Assembly (NCBI GenBank): GCA_965279035.1 | Contig: OZ257142.1 | Coordinates: forward strand, 1-64,000 | DNA: 64,000 nucleotides | Direction of reading: 5' to 3' | Origin: Bacteroidia bacterium | GTDB taxonomy: Bacteria; Bacteroidota; Bacteroidia; M30B66 | Shown here: in pieces, positions 41,160 to 52,100 of the stretch | How the letters are laid out: every line of letters begins with the position of its first letter | Position numbering within the stretch: the first letter of the stretch is position 1 | The notes under the pieces: generated by a model | The model's input: only the letters and a program-made list of their open reading frames with translations | Database searches by the model: none | Told to the model about the DNA's origin: nothing | Made by a program: the position numbers and the translations under genes

Positions 41160-41635
41160 TATCTGGAAATGATTAGCCGCTGAACGCCCAACACTTCTTT
41201 ATTTTCAGCGTAAATCCGACAGAAGTAAATGCCTGCTGATAAATGGTCCAAGTGGAGATTCTCCGTGTGCTTGATTTCGCGTTTGACGAAGGATCCGCTA
41301 TGCAACGTGCGCCCGGTAATATCAATTATTTGAAAAGTGAGATTGCCAGCTTCAGCGGTACTAATGTTTAGAGTAAATATCCCTTTGTTGGGGTTGGGAT
41401 AAATGTCTACTTCAGTCTTTGCATCTTGTTTTCGTTGCGGTTTTACTTCTGCTCCTGCAAGCCTTGCCCCAGATGGTTCATCTATATAGGGATACCGATG
41501 GTAAATCGTATCGCCCCGAAGCTGCCGCGCGGCCATTGCGTAACTCTGAATACTGGACGGCACGCGGGATAAAAATTCGAGCTGTTGTTTCTGAACAGAA
41601 TCTATTTGCAGCCAGGTAAGGGAATCTTCTATCAT
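41159..41635 (-). CDS. Orphan C-terminal fragment 4 (type B) of the large protease-like protein: helical segment plus CTD, no signal peptide
   Basis: MIEDSLTWLQIDS...IQSYAMAARQLRGDTIYHRYP...IYPNPN aligns with LLRDSLTWLTIDT...VQQYALAVLQLRGDTTIEHYP...VYPNPN of 49116..55448. Confidence 0.8.
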   Translation of the reverse strand: MIEDSLTWLQIDSVQKQQLEFLSRVPSSIQSYAMAARQLRGDTIYHRYPYIDEPSGARLAGAEVKPQRKQDAKTEVDIYPNPNKGIFTLNISTAEAGNLTFQIIDITGRTLHSGSFVKREIKHTENLHLDHLSAGIYFCRIYAENKEVLGVQRLIISR

Positions 41636-41661
41636 GTCGAGAGTAAGGTAGATATAATCGG

Positions 41662-43110
41662 CTAGTTCACCTTTACCACTTTCTCCACCACAACCACCTC
41701 ATCACCGTTTAAAACCCGGCAGTAATAGATACCCGTTGCAAGTCCGCTTAGCGATAAAGTATGCGTTCCCACTACAGTAAACTGCTCCTGCTGCACCAAT
41801 CGCCCTGTTGCATCCAGAAGTTGAGCCGTATACTCTGTGCCAGCAGTTTCCAAATCTATGCGCAGCCAATCAGTTGCTGGGTTGGGATAAATCGTAACAG
41901 CATCGGGGAATGGTGCATCTTCGATTCCTACGCCACAGTTGGCTGGATCTAGGCAACCATCGGCATCGAGTTTTACTACCCAAGCATTTTGTCCGCCACA
42001 GCAAAAATCATCATCAGCAGCCCCACTGATCAATAAGCCACCATCTTTCGTTTCAATAAAGTCGAGAAAGAAATCAGACAAGTTGCCGTGGTCGTATTCT
42101 TTATGCCAAAGCAGATTTCCTAATGAATCAGATTTCATAATGAAACCAGCATTAATTGTGGTCGTATTAATGCCAACTGAAACAACACCACCATCAGAAA
42201 CTTTTCGACCGATATAACTTTCATTGTTAAACAACGAAGTATAAGTCTTATTAAAAATTATATTTCCATCAAGATCGGTCATTACTAGTTTTGGTCCACC
42301 TGCTTGGTATTTATAACCTGAAAAAAGCAATTTATCTGGTCCAAACTGGCTCATTCCACCTTCTGTAATTTGAGATAATTGCCAGCCTTCTTGTCGAATT
42401 CCATTTTCATCAAGTTTTATTAAATACTCATATCCAACGTCACTTGTAAAAGCAATCCCGGCAACACCAGCTATAAGAAATCCCCCGTCGGATGCACTAA
42501 TTATATTCTTTGGGGAATCAGCTATATTTTCATTAATTAAAGTTTCATTGACAAGTTCTCCCAGAGCATTAAGTTTAATAAAATATCCATCGTGGTCTTC
42601 AGTAGTAGTAAAATAATCTCGTGAAGCTATCAATGCAATTTCACCGCTTGTTGTTTCAATTAAATCTTCTGGAGTATCATAATACAATGAGTCATGATGG
42701 TAATATGACCAAAGTGTATCTGTTAAGTCCGGGCTTAGTTTTAATACGAAGATTTGAGTACCACCTGCATCATTAATCCAACTTCGTGTATTGAACAAAA
42801 GAAGATTACCGTCATTGCTTCTTATCATCGAGCAGAAATCGAAAAAGCGCCTTGATGGAACATAACTGAAATTATCTAAGATAATATCGCCAGAATCATC
42901 AAATGAATGAACTCTCTGAAATCCACCATCTTCTACAACCAAACTAAATCCAGAGCTAGAAATATAATAACTGCCGCTATCGAGTTCAACAGGTCTAGAT
43001 GCATTTCCACCAAAATTTGCCGTGTCATTGTAAGTACGGGCAAAAGTTGGCACCTGTGCAATACTAGATATACTTAATAAAGCAAAAAAGTATGCGACAA
43101 ATTCTTTCAT
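41662..43110 (-). CDS. Array partner protein 4 (type B), T9SS cargo
   Basis: Paralog of 39711..41159 (TFARTYNDTAN...VELDSG...GGFQR); CTD near-identical. Confidence 0.88.
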   Translation of the reverse strand: MKEFVAYFFALLSISSIAQVPTFARTYNDTANFGGNASRPVELDSGSYYISSSGFSLVVEDGGFQRVHSFDDSGDIILDNFSYVPSRRFFDFCSMIRSNDGNLLLFNTRSWINDAGGTQIFVLKLSPDLTDTLWSYYHHDSLYYDTPEDLIETTSGEIALIASRDYFTTTEDHDGYFIKLNALGELVNETLINENIADSPKNIISASDGGFLIAGVAGIAFTSDVGYEYLIKLDENGIRQEGWQLSQITEGGMSQFGPDKLLFSGYKYQAGGPKLVMTDLDGNIIFNKTYTSLFNNESYIGRKVSDGGVVSVGINTTTINAGFIMKSDSLGNLLWHKEYDHGNLSDFFLDFIETKDGGLLISGAADDDFCCGGQNAWVVKLDADGCLDPANCGVGIEDAPFPDAVTIYPNPATDWLRIDLETAGTEYTAQLLDATGRLVQQEQFTVVGTHTLSLSGLATGIYYCRVLNGDEVVVVEKVVKVN

Positions 43111-43586
43111 TACTTGGAAATGATAAATCGTTGAACACCCAGCAACTCTTTATTAGAAGTATAAACCCTACAGAAATAAATACCAACTGATAAGTTATCC
43201 AACTGTATATTTTCAATGTATTTGTTTTCCCGTTTCACGAAGGATTCGATATGCAATGTGCGCCCAGTAATATCAACTATTTCAATTGTATGTCCACCTG
43301 TTGTTATGCTAGTCACATTTAGAGAAAATATGCCTTTATTCGGATTTGGATAAATGCCTATTTCAGACTTTACTTGTTTTTTTTGTTGAGGTTCAACTTG
43401 AGTTCCAGCAAGCCTTGCACCAGATGGTACATCAATGTATGGATACCGGTGGTAAATAGTATCTCCCCGGAGTTGCCTAGCTGCCATTGCGTAACTCTGA
43501 ATACTGGACGGCACCCGCGACAAAAATTCGAGTTGCTGCTTCTGAACAGAATCTATTTGCAGCCAGGTAAGGGAATCTTCTATCAT
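43110..43586 (-). CDS. Orphan C-terminal fragment 3 (type B)
   Basis: First ~52 aa identical to fragment 4; CTD diverged; TAATG overlap with the partner start. Confidence 0.8.
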   Translation of the reverse strand: MIEDSLTWLQIDSVQKQQLEFLSRVPSSIQSYAMAARQLRGDTIYHRYPYIDVPSGARLAGTQVEPQQKKQVKSEIGIYPNPNKGIFSLNVTSITTGGHTIEIVDITGRTLHIESFVKRENKYIENIQLDNLSVGIYFCRVYTSNKELLGVQRFIISK

Positions 43587-43612
43587 GTCGAGAGTAAGGT
43601 AGATATAATCGG

Positions 43613-45076
43613 CTAGTTCACCTTTACCACTTTCTCCACCACAACCACCTCATCACCGTTTAAAACCCGGCAGTAATAGATACCCGTTGCAAGTCCGCTT
43701 AGCGATAAAGTATGCGTTCCCACTACAGTAAACTGCTCCTGCTGCACCAATCGCCCTGTTGCATCCAGCAGTTGAGCGGTATACGATGAGCCGGCAGTTT
43801 CCAAATCTATTTGCAGCCATTCTGTTGCTGGGTTAGGATATATAGTTAATGCATCAGGGAAAGGAGCATCTTCGATTCCTACACCGCAATTGGCAGGGTC
43901 AAGACATCCGTTGGCATCAAGTTTTAGCAGCCATGAGTTCTGACCTCCATCTGCGTTGCTTTGGCTAGCGGAACCGCTTATCAAAAGTCCACCATCAGAG
44001 GTTTCGATAAAATCGCTGAAGTATTCCACAAAGTCGCCTAAGGTATATTTATAATCTTTCTGCCAGAGCAAAATTCCATCGGCGTCTGTTTTCATTATAT
44101 ACCCATTATTGTTTTCAACAAAATCTAGGTTTGTGGCCAATCCCACAGAGACTATCCCCCCATCAGCAACTTTTCTTCCGATGTAGTTGATAGATGAGGA
44201 TCCAGGATAGATGTATGTTTTATTCTGAACTAAATTTCCAGCCGTATCCAAGAGAAGGATCTTTGCTTCCCCATTTGGGTAGGAGTATCCCGATAAAATA
44301 ATCTTGTTTTCATCATATAAACTCATACCACACTCAGTAATCTGAAAATAGTCTTGGCTCCAAAGAATTTGACCTTGACTGCTTATTTTCATAAGAAAAC
44401 CGTGGAGATTTGTTGAATTAGAAGGTCCGCGGGTGCCTCCAATCAAAACAGAACCATCTGCTAGTTGGGCCAAAGACTCCAGGGCCTGAATTTCACGTTC
44501 ACGAATTATCATTTCGCTTACGAATTGCCCCTGCGAATCTAGCCGTATGATTATACCCAGCATAGAGTCGTTTTCGAGTGGGCGTCTTCTTGCTGTAATA
44601 TACACTTCACCGTTGGTGGATTCAAAAATGTCAGCAGTAGTATTAAACGCACTTGAATCTGAATTAAGATAACTCCACAAAGTATCCGATAAATCCGCAC
44701 TTATTTTCTGAACAAAAATGCGGTTCTCTGTGGTATTCCCCAATTTGCTCCTCGTACTTGCCAAAAAAAGATTCTCATTATTACTTTTTATGAGTTTACT
44801 GAAACCCGAATAAGTTCTGTTTAAATCATACTCCATCCTATTTTGAATCAACTCACCTTGTTGATCCACTTGGTAGATTCGCTGGTAACTACCTTGAGAA
44901 AGACTTAATCCTCCACCTGAGGATGCAATAGAATAAACACCATCCGGATACTCAACAGGTCTTGAACTAATGTTAGAAAGATTTAATGTGTCGCGGTAGG
45001 TTTTGTTAAATGTATTTACCTGCGCTAAAAGCGACTGAAAGGAAAAAAGTAAAGCGAGGGCGAACAGTTTTTTCAT
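43613..45076 (-). CDS. Array partner protein 3 (type A), T9SS cargo
   Basis: Signal peptide LLA|Q; QVNTFNKTYRDTL...; same C-terminal block and CTD as the other partners. Confidence 0.88.
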   Translation of the reverse strand: MKKLFALALLFSFQSLLAQVNTFNKTYRDTLNLSNISSRPVEYPDGVYSIASSGGGLSLSQGSYQRIYQVDQQGELIQNRMEYDLNRTYSGFSKLIKSNNENLFLASTRSKLGNTTENRIFVQKISADLSDTLWSYLNSDSSAFNTTADIFESTNGEVYITARRRPLENDSMLGIIIRLDSQGQFVSEMIIREREIQALESLAQLADGSVLIGGTRGPSNSTNLHGFLMKISSQGQILWSQDYFQITECGMSLYDENKIILSGYSYPNGEAKILLLDTAGNLVQNKTYIYPGSSSINYIGRKVADGGIVSVGLATNLDFVENNNGYIMKTDADGILLWQKDYKYTLGDFVEYFSDFIETSDGGLLISGSASQSNADGGQNSWLLKLDANGCLDPANCGVGIEDAPFPDALTIYPNPATEWLQIDLETAGSSYTAQLLDATGRLVQQEQFTVVGTHTLSLSGLATGIYYCRVLNGDEVVVVEKVVKVN

Positions 45077-45549
45077 CGCGCCAATGTAATACGTTGCAAA
45101 GCAATTACCCCTTTGTCCTCTCCACGCAATTCAACTAAATACAGCCCATCAACAAGATCTGTGATTTCTATAGATGACCGAATCTGTTTGGCACCACCTG
45201 GGAGCTTTCCAGATTTTAACTGGCGGCCTGTGAGATCAAATATTTTCCATTCAATCTGTTCTTCTTTTTCGAGCGTGAGTTCCAAGGTGAACGTGCCGGA
45301 GTTAGGGTTGGGATAAATCCGCACGACGTTTTTCTGCCCGGTTTTCTTCGGTGTGGGTTTTATCTGTGACGCAAGGCGGGGAGATGTTGTTGATTCAAGG
45401 TCCGGATATCGGTGGTAAATCGTATCACCGCGCAATGAGCGTGCTGCAAGCGCATAACTCTGAATAATTGATTGCTCGCGCGAAAGATTTTCCAGGCGTA
45501 TTACCTGTACAGAGTCCAACTGCATCCAGGAGAGGGTATCTTCTTGCAT
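45073..45549 (-). CDS. Orphan C-terminal fragment 2 (type A)
   Basis: MQEDTLSWMQLDS...LRGDTIYHRYP...IYPNPN; near-identical to fragment 1; ATGA overlap with partner. Confidence 0.8.
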   Translation of the reverse strand: MQEDTLSWMQLDSVQVIRLENLSREQSIIQSYALAARSLRGDTIYHRYPDLESTTSPRLASQIKPTPKKTGQKNVVRIYPNPNSGTFTLELTLEKEEQIEWKIFDLTGRQLKSGKLPGGAKQIRSSIEITDLVDGLYLVELRGEDKGVIALQRITLAR

Positions 45550-45575
45550 ATCCAGGTAAAGGTCGGTATAATCGG

Positions 45576-47036
45576 CTAGTTCACCTTCACCACTTTCTCC
45601 ACCACAACCACCTCGTCACCCTTTAAAACACGGCAATAGTAAATCCCCGTTGCTAGTCCGCTTAGCGACAAGGTATGCGTTCCCACAACAGTAAACTGTT
45701 CCTGCTGCACCAAACGACCCGTTGCATCCAGCAGTTGACCGGTATACGCTGAGCCGGCTGTTTCCAAATCTATACGTAGCCAGTCGGTTGCCGGGTTCGG
45801 ATAAATAGTAACTGCATCAGGAAACGGCGCATCTTCGATTCCTACTCCGCAATTAGAAGGGTCAAGACAGCCATCGGCATCAAGTTTTAGCAGCCAGGAG
45901 TTCTGACCACCATCTGCGTTGCTTTGGCTAGCGGAACCACTTATCAAAAGGCCACCATCTGAAGTTTCGATGAAATCCGTTAAGTATTCCACAAAGTCGC
46001 CTGAAGTATATTTGTAATTTTTCTGCCAGAGCAAATTTCCATTTGGGTCGGTTTTCATAATATACCCATTATTATTATCAACGAAATCCAGGTTTGTGGC
46101 CAATCCGACCGAAACAATTCCGCCATCAGCAACTTTTCTTCCGATATAATTAATGGCAGAAAATCCCGGATAGACATAGGTTTTATTTTGAACTAAATTT
46201 CCAGAGGTATCTAAAAGAAGCATTTTGACGGTGCCGCTTGTGGTATTGTATCCTGATAAGATAACCTTGCCATCATCATATAAACTCATTCGTCCTTCTG
46301 TGATTTGTGGATAATTAAAATCCCATATAACTTCACCAAAGGAATTCACCTTCATCAGGAACCCTTGAATGTTGCCAGCATCGATTCTACGAGCTCCGCC
46401 GATTAATAGATTGCCATCCGACAATTGAACCAAACTATACGGAGATTGCTTTTTGTATTGCCTAAATACTGCTTGAGTTAAGAATTGACCCTGTGCCGTT
46501 AAATGAATAAAAACAGCAAGCATGGAATCGGAGTCAAAAAATGCTCTGTTTGCTGTGAGATAAACGCTGCCATCCGCAGCCTCTAGTAGATCTTCCGTTG
46601 TATCAAAAAAGGTCGAATCAGAATGAAAATAACTCCACAATGTATCTGATAAGTCGGCACTTATTTTCTGCACAAAAATTCTATTCCCGCCTGTGCTTCC
46701 CGCCAAACTCCTCGTGCTGGCCAAAAAGAGATCATTGCTGTTCGAGTGAATCAGTTGGCTTGCTCCCTGATATCTTCTGGAAATATCATATTCCATTCGA
46801 TTCTGGATCAACTCACCCTGATCATTGACTTGGTAGATGCGTTGGTAACCACCTTCAGCAAGACTCAATCCTCCGCCTGCCGTTGCAATACTGTAAATAC
46901 CTGGAGGGTCCTCTACTGGCCTTGAACTGATGTTGGAAAGGACAAGGGTATCCCTAAACGTTTTGTTGAACGTGTTCACCTGCGCTATTAACGAATGAAA
47001 GGAGACAAGTAAGGCGAAGGAGAAAAGGTTTTTCAT
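45576..47036 (-). CDS. Array partner protein 2 (type A), T9SS cargo
   Basis: Close paralog of 43613..45076 (YQRIYQV..QGELIQNRMEYD; IFVQKISADLSDTLWSY). Confidence 0.88.
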   Translation of the reverse strand: MKNLFSFALLVSFHSLIAQVNTFNKTFRDTLVLSNISSRPVEDPPGIYSIATAGGGLSLAEGGYQRIYQVNDQGELIQNRMEYDISRRYQGASQLIHSNSNDLFLASTRSLAGSTGGNRIFVQKISADLSDTLWSYFHSDSTFFDTTEDLLEAADGSVYLTANRAFFDSDSMLAVFIHLTAQGQFLTQAVFRQYKKQSPYSLVQLSDGNLLIGGARRIDAGNIQGFLMKVNSFGEVIWDFNYPQITEGRMSLYDDGKVILSGYNTTSGTVKMLLLDTSGNLVQNKTYVYPGFSAINYIGRKVADGGIVSVGLATNLDFVDNNNGYIMKTDPNGNLLWQKNYKYTSGDFVEYLTDFIETSDGGLLISGSASQSNADGGQNSWLLKLDADGCLDPSNCGVGIEDAPFPDAVTIYPNPATDWLRIDLETAGSAYTGQLLDATGRLVQQEQFTVVGTHTLSLSGLATGIYYCRVLKGDEVVVVEKVVKVN

Positions 47037-47656
47037 CGCGCCAGTGTAATGCGTTGCACGTCAATTACCCCTTTGTCTTCGCCACGCAATTCAACTAAAT
47101 ACAGCCCATCAACAAGATCTGTGATTTCGATTGCTGAGCGAATCTGTTTTGAGCCACCTGAAAGCGCACCTGATTTTAACTGGCGGCCTGTGAGATCAAA
47201 TATTTTCCATTCAATCTGTTCTTCTTTTTCGAGCGTGAGTTCCAAGGTGAATGAGCCGGAGTTAGGGTTGGGATAAATCCGCACGACGTTTTTCTGCCCG
47301 GTTTTTTTCGGGGTGGGTTTTATCTGTGACGCAAGGCGGGGAGATGTTGTTGATTCAAGGTCCGGATACCGGTGGTAAATCGTATCACCGCGCAATGAGC
47401 GCGCTGCAAGCGCATAACTCTGAATGATCGACTCCTCTTGCGATAATTGCTCCAGTCGTAGCACCTGCAGGGAGTCGAGTTGCATCCAGGAGAGGGTATC
47501 TTCTTGCATATCCAGGTAAAGATCGGTATAATCGGCAAACAGGCTGTCATTGCGTGTGCTGAGCGTCAATGAATCTAACCAGCGTCGGGCATCTGCCAGG
47601 CTATTTGTATTGGTTAATTTAAAGCCCGGCATCTCATCACCGATAAGCATGCTCAC
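47033..47656 (-). CDS. Orphan C-terminal fragment 1 (type A, longest)
   Basis: NSLADARRWLDSLTLSTRNDSLFADY aligns with DSLDQAEAVLDSITLSTLDDSLFVDY of the large gene; no signal peptide. Confidence 0.8.
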   Translation of the reverse strand: MSMLIGDEMPGFKLTNTNSLADARRWLDSLTLSTRNDSLFADYTDLYLDMQEDTLSWMQLDSLQVLRLEQLSQEESIIQSYALAARSLRGDTIYHRYPDLESTTSPRLASQIKPTPKKTGQKNVVRIYPNPNSGSFTLELTLEKEEQIEWKIFDLTGRQLKSGALSGGSKQIRSAIEITDLVDGLYLVELRGEDKGVIDVQRITLAR

Positions 47657-49119
47657 CGTGCAATAACAACCCTTTCCGTCACACTTTTCCCATCCTTCAA
47701 CGTAAACTTCGCCAGATACAAACCCACCGGCAAATGGCTCACCTGAATTGCTTCCAAGGGAGCAGTTAGTTTTGTGTTCATCACCCGCTGACCTGCAATA
47801 GAAAATAATTCCAGGGCCACCGCTTGCGTTGTGTTTTGCAATTTAAAGCTTAGCCAATCATTGGCAGGGTTGGGGAAAATGGAAACACCAAGTTTATTAG
47901 CTTCCACACTTTCCAAACCAACCCAGCAGTCGGGTTCCAGGCATCCCATTGAATCCAGTTTGACTATCCATAGGTTCTGACCACCAGCTCCTGGGTCAGT
48001 GGCTGAACCATCAATTAAAAGACCTCCATCAGAAGTTTCAAGCACATCAGTGAAAAAGTCTGTATTGGAATTGTAATTATATCTTCGAAACCATTGAAGA
48101 TCTCCAGAATGGTCCGCAAGAGAAATGAAACCGGCGTTATCTGCATCAATCAACCCAATCGAGATGATTTTACCATTGGAATTTCGCCTTGAGTAATATT
48201 GATCTATTCCATCAGCTTCAAAATCGTTTAGTTTATCCCATAATACAATCCCGCTTGTATCGACTTTAATTGTGCGTGTAAAGTGATTTGACAAATTCGA
48301 TGGAGTGCCAGATAGTAAATATTCTCCATTAGAGTATGGTGAAACCCGCAAATTATAATGATTAGGATATTCATTATGATCAATGAGATTTCCTAAAAGA
48401 TTTAATTTATATACTACTCCATCGTATTGGTTGCCATCGGAATATCCGCTACCACCAATATAAATATTGTTGTTGATAAGAGTTGCACTTAGAAAATATA
48501 AGTTAGCACCATTTTCATAGATTTTGAAATCAAGTGAATCACCTTCATTATTTAGTTTTAAAAAGAATCCATCAAATTCATTTGCCTCCAAGCTATCTGG
48601 ATAAACTCTTGAACCAATAATAATTATAGATTGATCAGATTCGGAAATAAGTATATCAGCAATCGCATCAACATAACTATTTTGTGGAAACGTATATTTC
48701 CATATGGTATCCAACTCAGGTGTGAGTTTTGCGATTTCTAAGTTTGCATATGTAACGGAACTAACCAAATTCACATTAACTTTAGAATAGGCTGAAAACA
48801 AATTTATTCCATCCGTTGCAAGTGCACCTGACGGAATATAACGGCCCATTGTATCGTAATTCATTTTACGAAAAACGATTTCTCCATCTTCTGTAATTCT
48901 TGTAACCATATTATACCCTTTTAGACCATCCATACCAAACCCAGAAGATTGTATGAAATAATCTTCGTCTAATAATACTGCTCTTGATGATAACGAGGCA
49001 TAATTTAGAGTATCATTTAATGTAAAACTAAATGTGGTTATTCCTTGAGCAGAACTTTTTAAAAATCCTACATAAATAAAAATGAGAAGAAGAATTAACC
49101 GTAACGTCATTACTTTCAA
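47653..49119 (-). CDS. Array partner protein 1 (divergent type C), directly coupled to the large gene; T9SS cargo
   Basis: Signal peptide SSA|Q; TFSFTLNDTLN..SSRAV; DVLETSDGGLLIDG...GGQNLWIVKLDSMGCL; CTD IFPNPA. Confidence 0.88.
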   Translation of the reverse strand: MKVMTLRLILLLIFIYVGFLKSSAQGITTFSFTLNDTLNYASLSSRAVLLDEDYFIQSSGFGMDGLKGYNMVTRITEDGEIVFRKMNYDTMGRYIPSGALATDGINLFSAYSKVNVNLVSSVTYANLEIAKLTPELDTIWKYTFPQNSYVDAIADILISESDQSIIIIGSRVYPDSLEANEFDGFFLKLNNEGDSLDFKIYENGANLYFLSATLINNNIYIGGSGYSDGNQYDGVVYKLNLLGNLIDHNEYPNHYNLRVSPYSNGEYLLSGTPSNLSNHFTRTIKVDTSGIVLWDKLNDFEADGIDQYYSRRNSNGKIISIGLIDADNAGFISLADHSGDLQWFRRYNYNSNTDFFTDVLETSDGGLLIDGSATDPGAGGQNLWIVKLDSMGCLEPDCWVGLESVEANKLGVSIFPNPANDWLSFKLQNTTQAVALELFSIAGQRVMNTKLTAPLEAIQVSHLPVGLYLAKFTLKDGKSVTERVVIAR

Positions 49120-52100
49120 TGAATTAATGAAATTTTATGGTGTCCTAAAACTCTTCCATCTTTATCAAGTATGTTAAGTAAGTAAATACCATTGGATAGA
49201 TCATTACACGTTAACTCGATTAATTGATTACGCTCTGTTAGTTGATTTATCTGTCGAATCAAACGACCGGAAAGGTCTACAAGACTTATTATAAGATTTC
49301 CTTCATAGTCATTAACTTGTAGAGTAAATTTACCATCATTGGGATTAGGATAAACACGTGTTAAGATATTTTTACTCTTTCGATTGTATTTTGCTTCATT
49401 AGCCAACCTAGCTGAAGGTGGAAAAGCATTTTCCGGATAATGCTCAATGGTCGTATCACCGCGTAGTTGCAGAACAGCTAATGCATACTGTTGTACAGAC
49501 GAAGGAATAGAGGCCATGTTTCGAATGTCTTCTAATATTGTAGTATCTATGGTAAGCCAAGTAAGGCTATCGCGTAATAAGTTCAGATACATTTTATGGT
49601 AATCAACAAACAAGCTATCATCTAGAGTTGATAAAGTTATGGAATCGAGAACAGCTTCAGCTTGATCCAAGCTGTCGCTACCCAGATAAGTACTGAAAAG
49701 GCTTCTTTCAAAACCGGTACCAAGGCTATCTTTGTATAAGGCAGCCAGCTCATACCATTCATCTCGTTCTAACAAACTTGATTCAATTTTACTAATAGTA
49801 GTTAGCCATTCACCTCGAAAATGATGAGCTGCCCTTTTATAGGTTTCATGTGTTTGAACATAGGCGTTTTCTTTTTGCAATCCAAGCAAGCTGTCACGAG
49901 TAGCTTGATAGTAATTAGTATCTGCTAAGAGAACTCTCAATTCATTCAGTACTTTTTGTGTAGCAGGAAGGTTTAGCAGCATAAAATTGATTAACTCATT
50001 ATTACTAAATAAGTTTTCCAGACGTAAAGCAGTTACAAGCACACTATCGCTTAAAGGTGAATATAATGTTAATACAATTGATAAATCAGCTGAAGATTGA
50101 GTTGTGTCAGAAAGTATACCCAATAGGCTATCGGTTTGCATTCCATCTAAGTTTTCAAGTATTGTTTGCTTTTGTAATTCCATACTATCTGACATGAACT
50201 TAAATTGTCTGCGTTCAGCATTTAGACTGATAATATTAAGAGCTCCAGTTCCAGATGGGCAAGGATTTGACAATCCAGATCCGCAAATAGTTGTTGAGCC
50301 TGACTCAGAAATGGAACTGAATACAGGAGTTTCGACATTAATTGGTCTTGCATAATAATACCAATCTGGTGTTTGATTATTGGGGGCCCATATATGTTTA
50401 ACACCAACACCTTGATCATTAAAAATGTTTCCGGGACGGTATTGTGCAGGACCACAACCAATGCCTTGGTTATTAAATACACCCGACATACTTAACGGAT
50501 TGATATGCCAGTCATAATTATTATTGGTAAAGTCGTTACATTTTAAAAATAAATATGGGTTATTATATTCTGATTGAAAACCACGCTGTAGGTTAGTAAA
50601 ATCGTTACGTTGTATAAGCATATTTATGCCAGAACTTTGAGGCTGAAGACCTCTAGTAATTAGTCCCCAATTATATGGTTCGGCTGAACCAGATCCAATG
50701 AAATTATTTAATTGAACCTTGTTAGCAGTGCGGTAATCATAAAAATAGATACCATATGGATCAGGAATAACAGATGTATTGCCATCGGAATCTGGTATGT
50801 TAAAATCGTTATTGATATAATTATCACCACGAGCATTCTCAGAATATATTCCCATTCGACAATTGTCAAACAAAGACCCTGAACTATAAACATTATACCC
50901 GATTGATGTATTTGTAACTCGGGTAATAATTCCACGGGTTAATCCAATAAATCGGTTCCGAAGCGCATTATCGGCATTCAGATCAGATTGGTCGTCATTA
51001 TTTGGATTAGTTGAAAGAACTCTGACTTGTGCATCATACAAGGCAATTCCTTGAGTTCTGTCGTGAGACAGAAATGGGTATTCAGTGGTGGTACAACTTT
51101 CTTTTATTGAAAAGTCTCCATCATTTAGAAAAATATTATCTCTAAATATAACACCTTTTATTTCCCATGCAGATACAAACATTTGTGAGGCCAACCAGTA
51201 ATTTGTTTGACTATCGAAATAATCAGGATTTTTCAAATGATCATCGCAAATGAATAAACAGTTGGTGAATTTACTTATACTTGGAAAAGTATAAGGATGA
51301 AAAGATACTGACCGCCAGTTGTTCCTGAAAGTACTATTGGATGCTACTACAATTCCTCCTGTTACCCCCCCATACATATTGTCACCTGCATCACTCATAA
51401 AAATACCTTCTTCAGCATTTTCTATTACTGCATGATTTTTCATTTCAACTACACCTTGAACAGTATTTGCTAATGTTCCTTGTGGCTGCGAAGCAATACC
51501 CATTAATCTAATTCCTCTCCACATAGTACAGGAACTAGTTAGAGTTCCGCCATCTAAAATCAGTTTACCCCCAGGCTGAATAAGTATCATAGCATCATCA
51601 GGAAATTCTACTTTACAAGTTATAGTTAACGTGCGTCCTGGATAGACAATTATATCATTGTAAACTCTAATATCAAGTTCCCAAGTTTCGTTCATATTTA
51701 TACCAATAGGAGTACTAGAATAAGGACAATCGTCTATAAAGCGTTTCAAATTAGTAATAGATGCTGCTTTATGAATTTTTCCAACTTGATTAGGTGAATA
51801 ATATAAGTAACTCTGATAATTACCGCCCATCACATTATTAGTTGTCCTTGTATAACATGGGTCATTAGGATCATTTATATAAGGATCAACAACTAATGCA
51901 CCAGGTGGACATCCTGAAGGATGAACTATTTGTCCATGAGGGCAATTCAGATCATTTCCATCAATTACTCCAAATAAATCTAGTAACCCATCAAAATCAG
52001 AATCTTGATCTTCGATAGTACAATAAATTCCATTTTGATATAAATGTACTAAGTCTAACATGTGAGCAATTTCATGTGCAACATGTCTAGTGAAAGCCCA

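Noticed and set aside
41159-47656. Fragments as classical toxin C-terminal domains
   Set aside because: They contain only a helical segment and a T9SS sorting domain with no recognisable nuclease or pore motif; the partners are secreted rather than cytoplasmic immunity proteins
39711-49119. Diversity-generating retroelement or integron explanation for the cassette array
   Set aside because: No reverse transcriptase or integrase in the window, no adenine-restricted variation noticed, and no attC-like hairpins at the 26-bp or overlapping junctions
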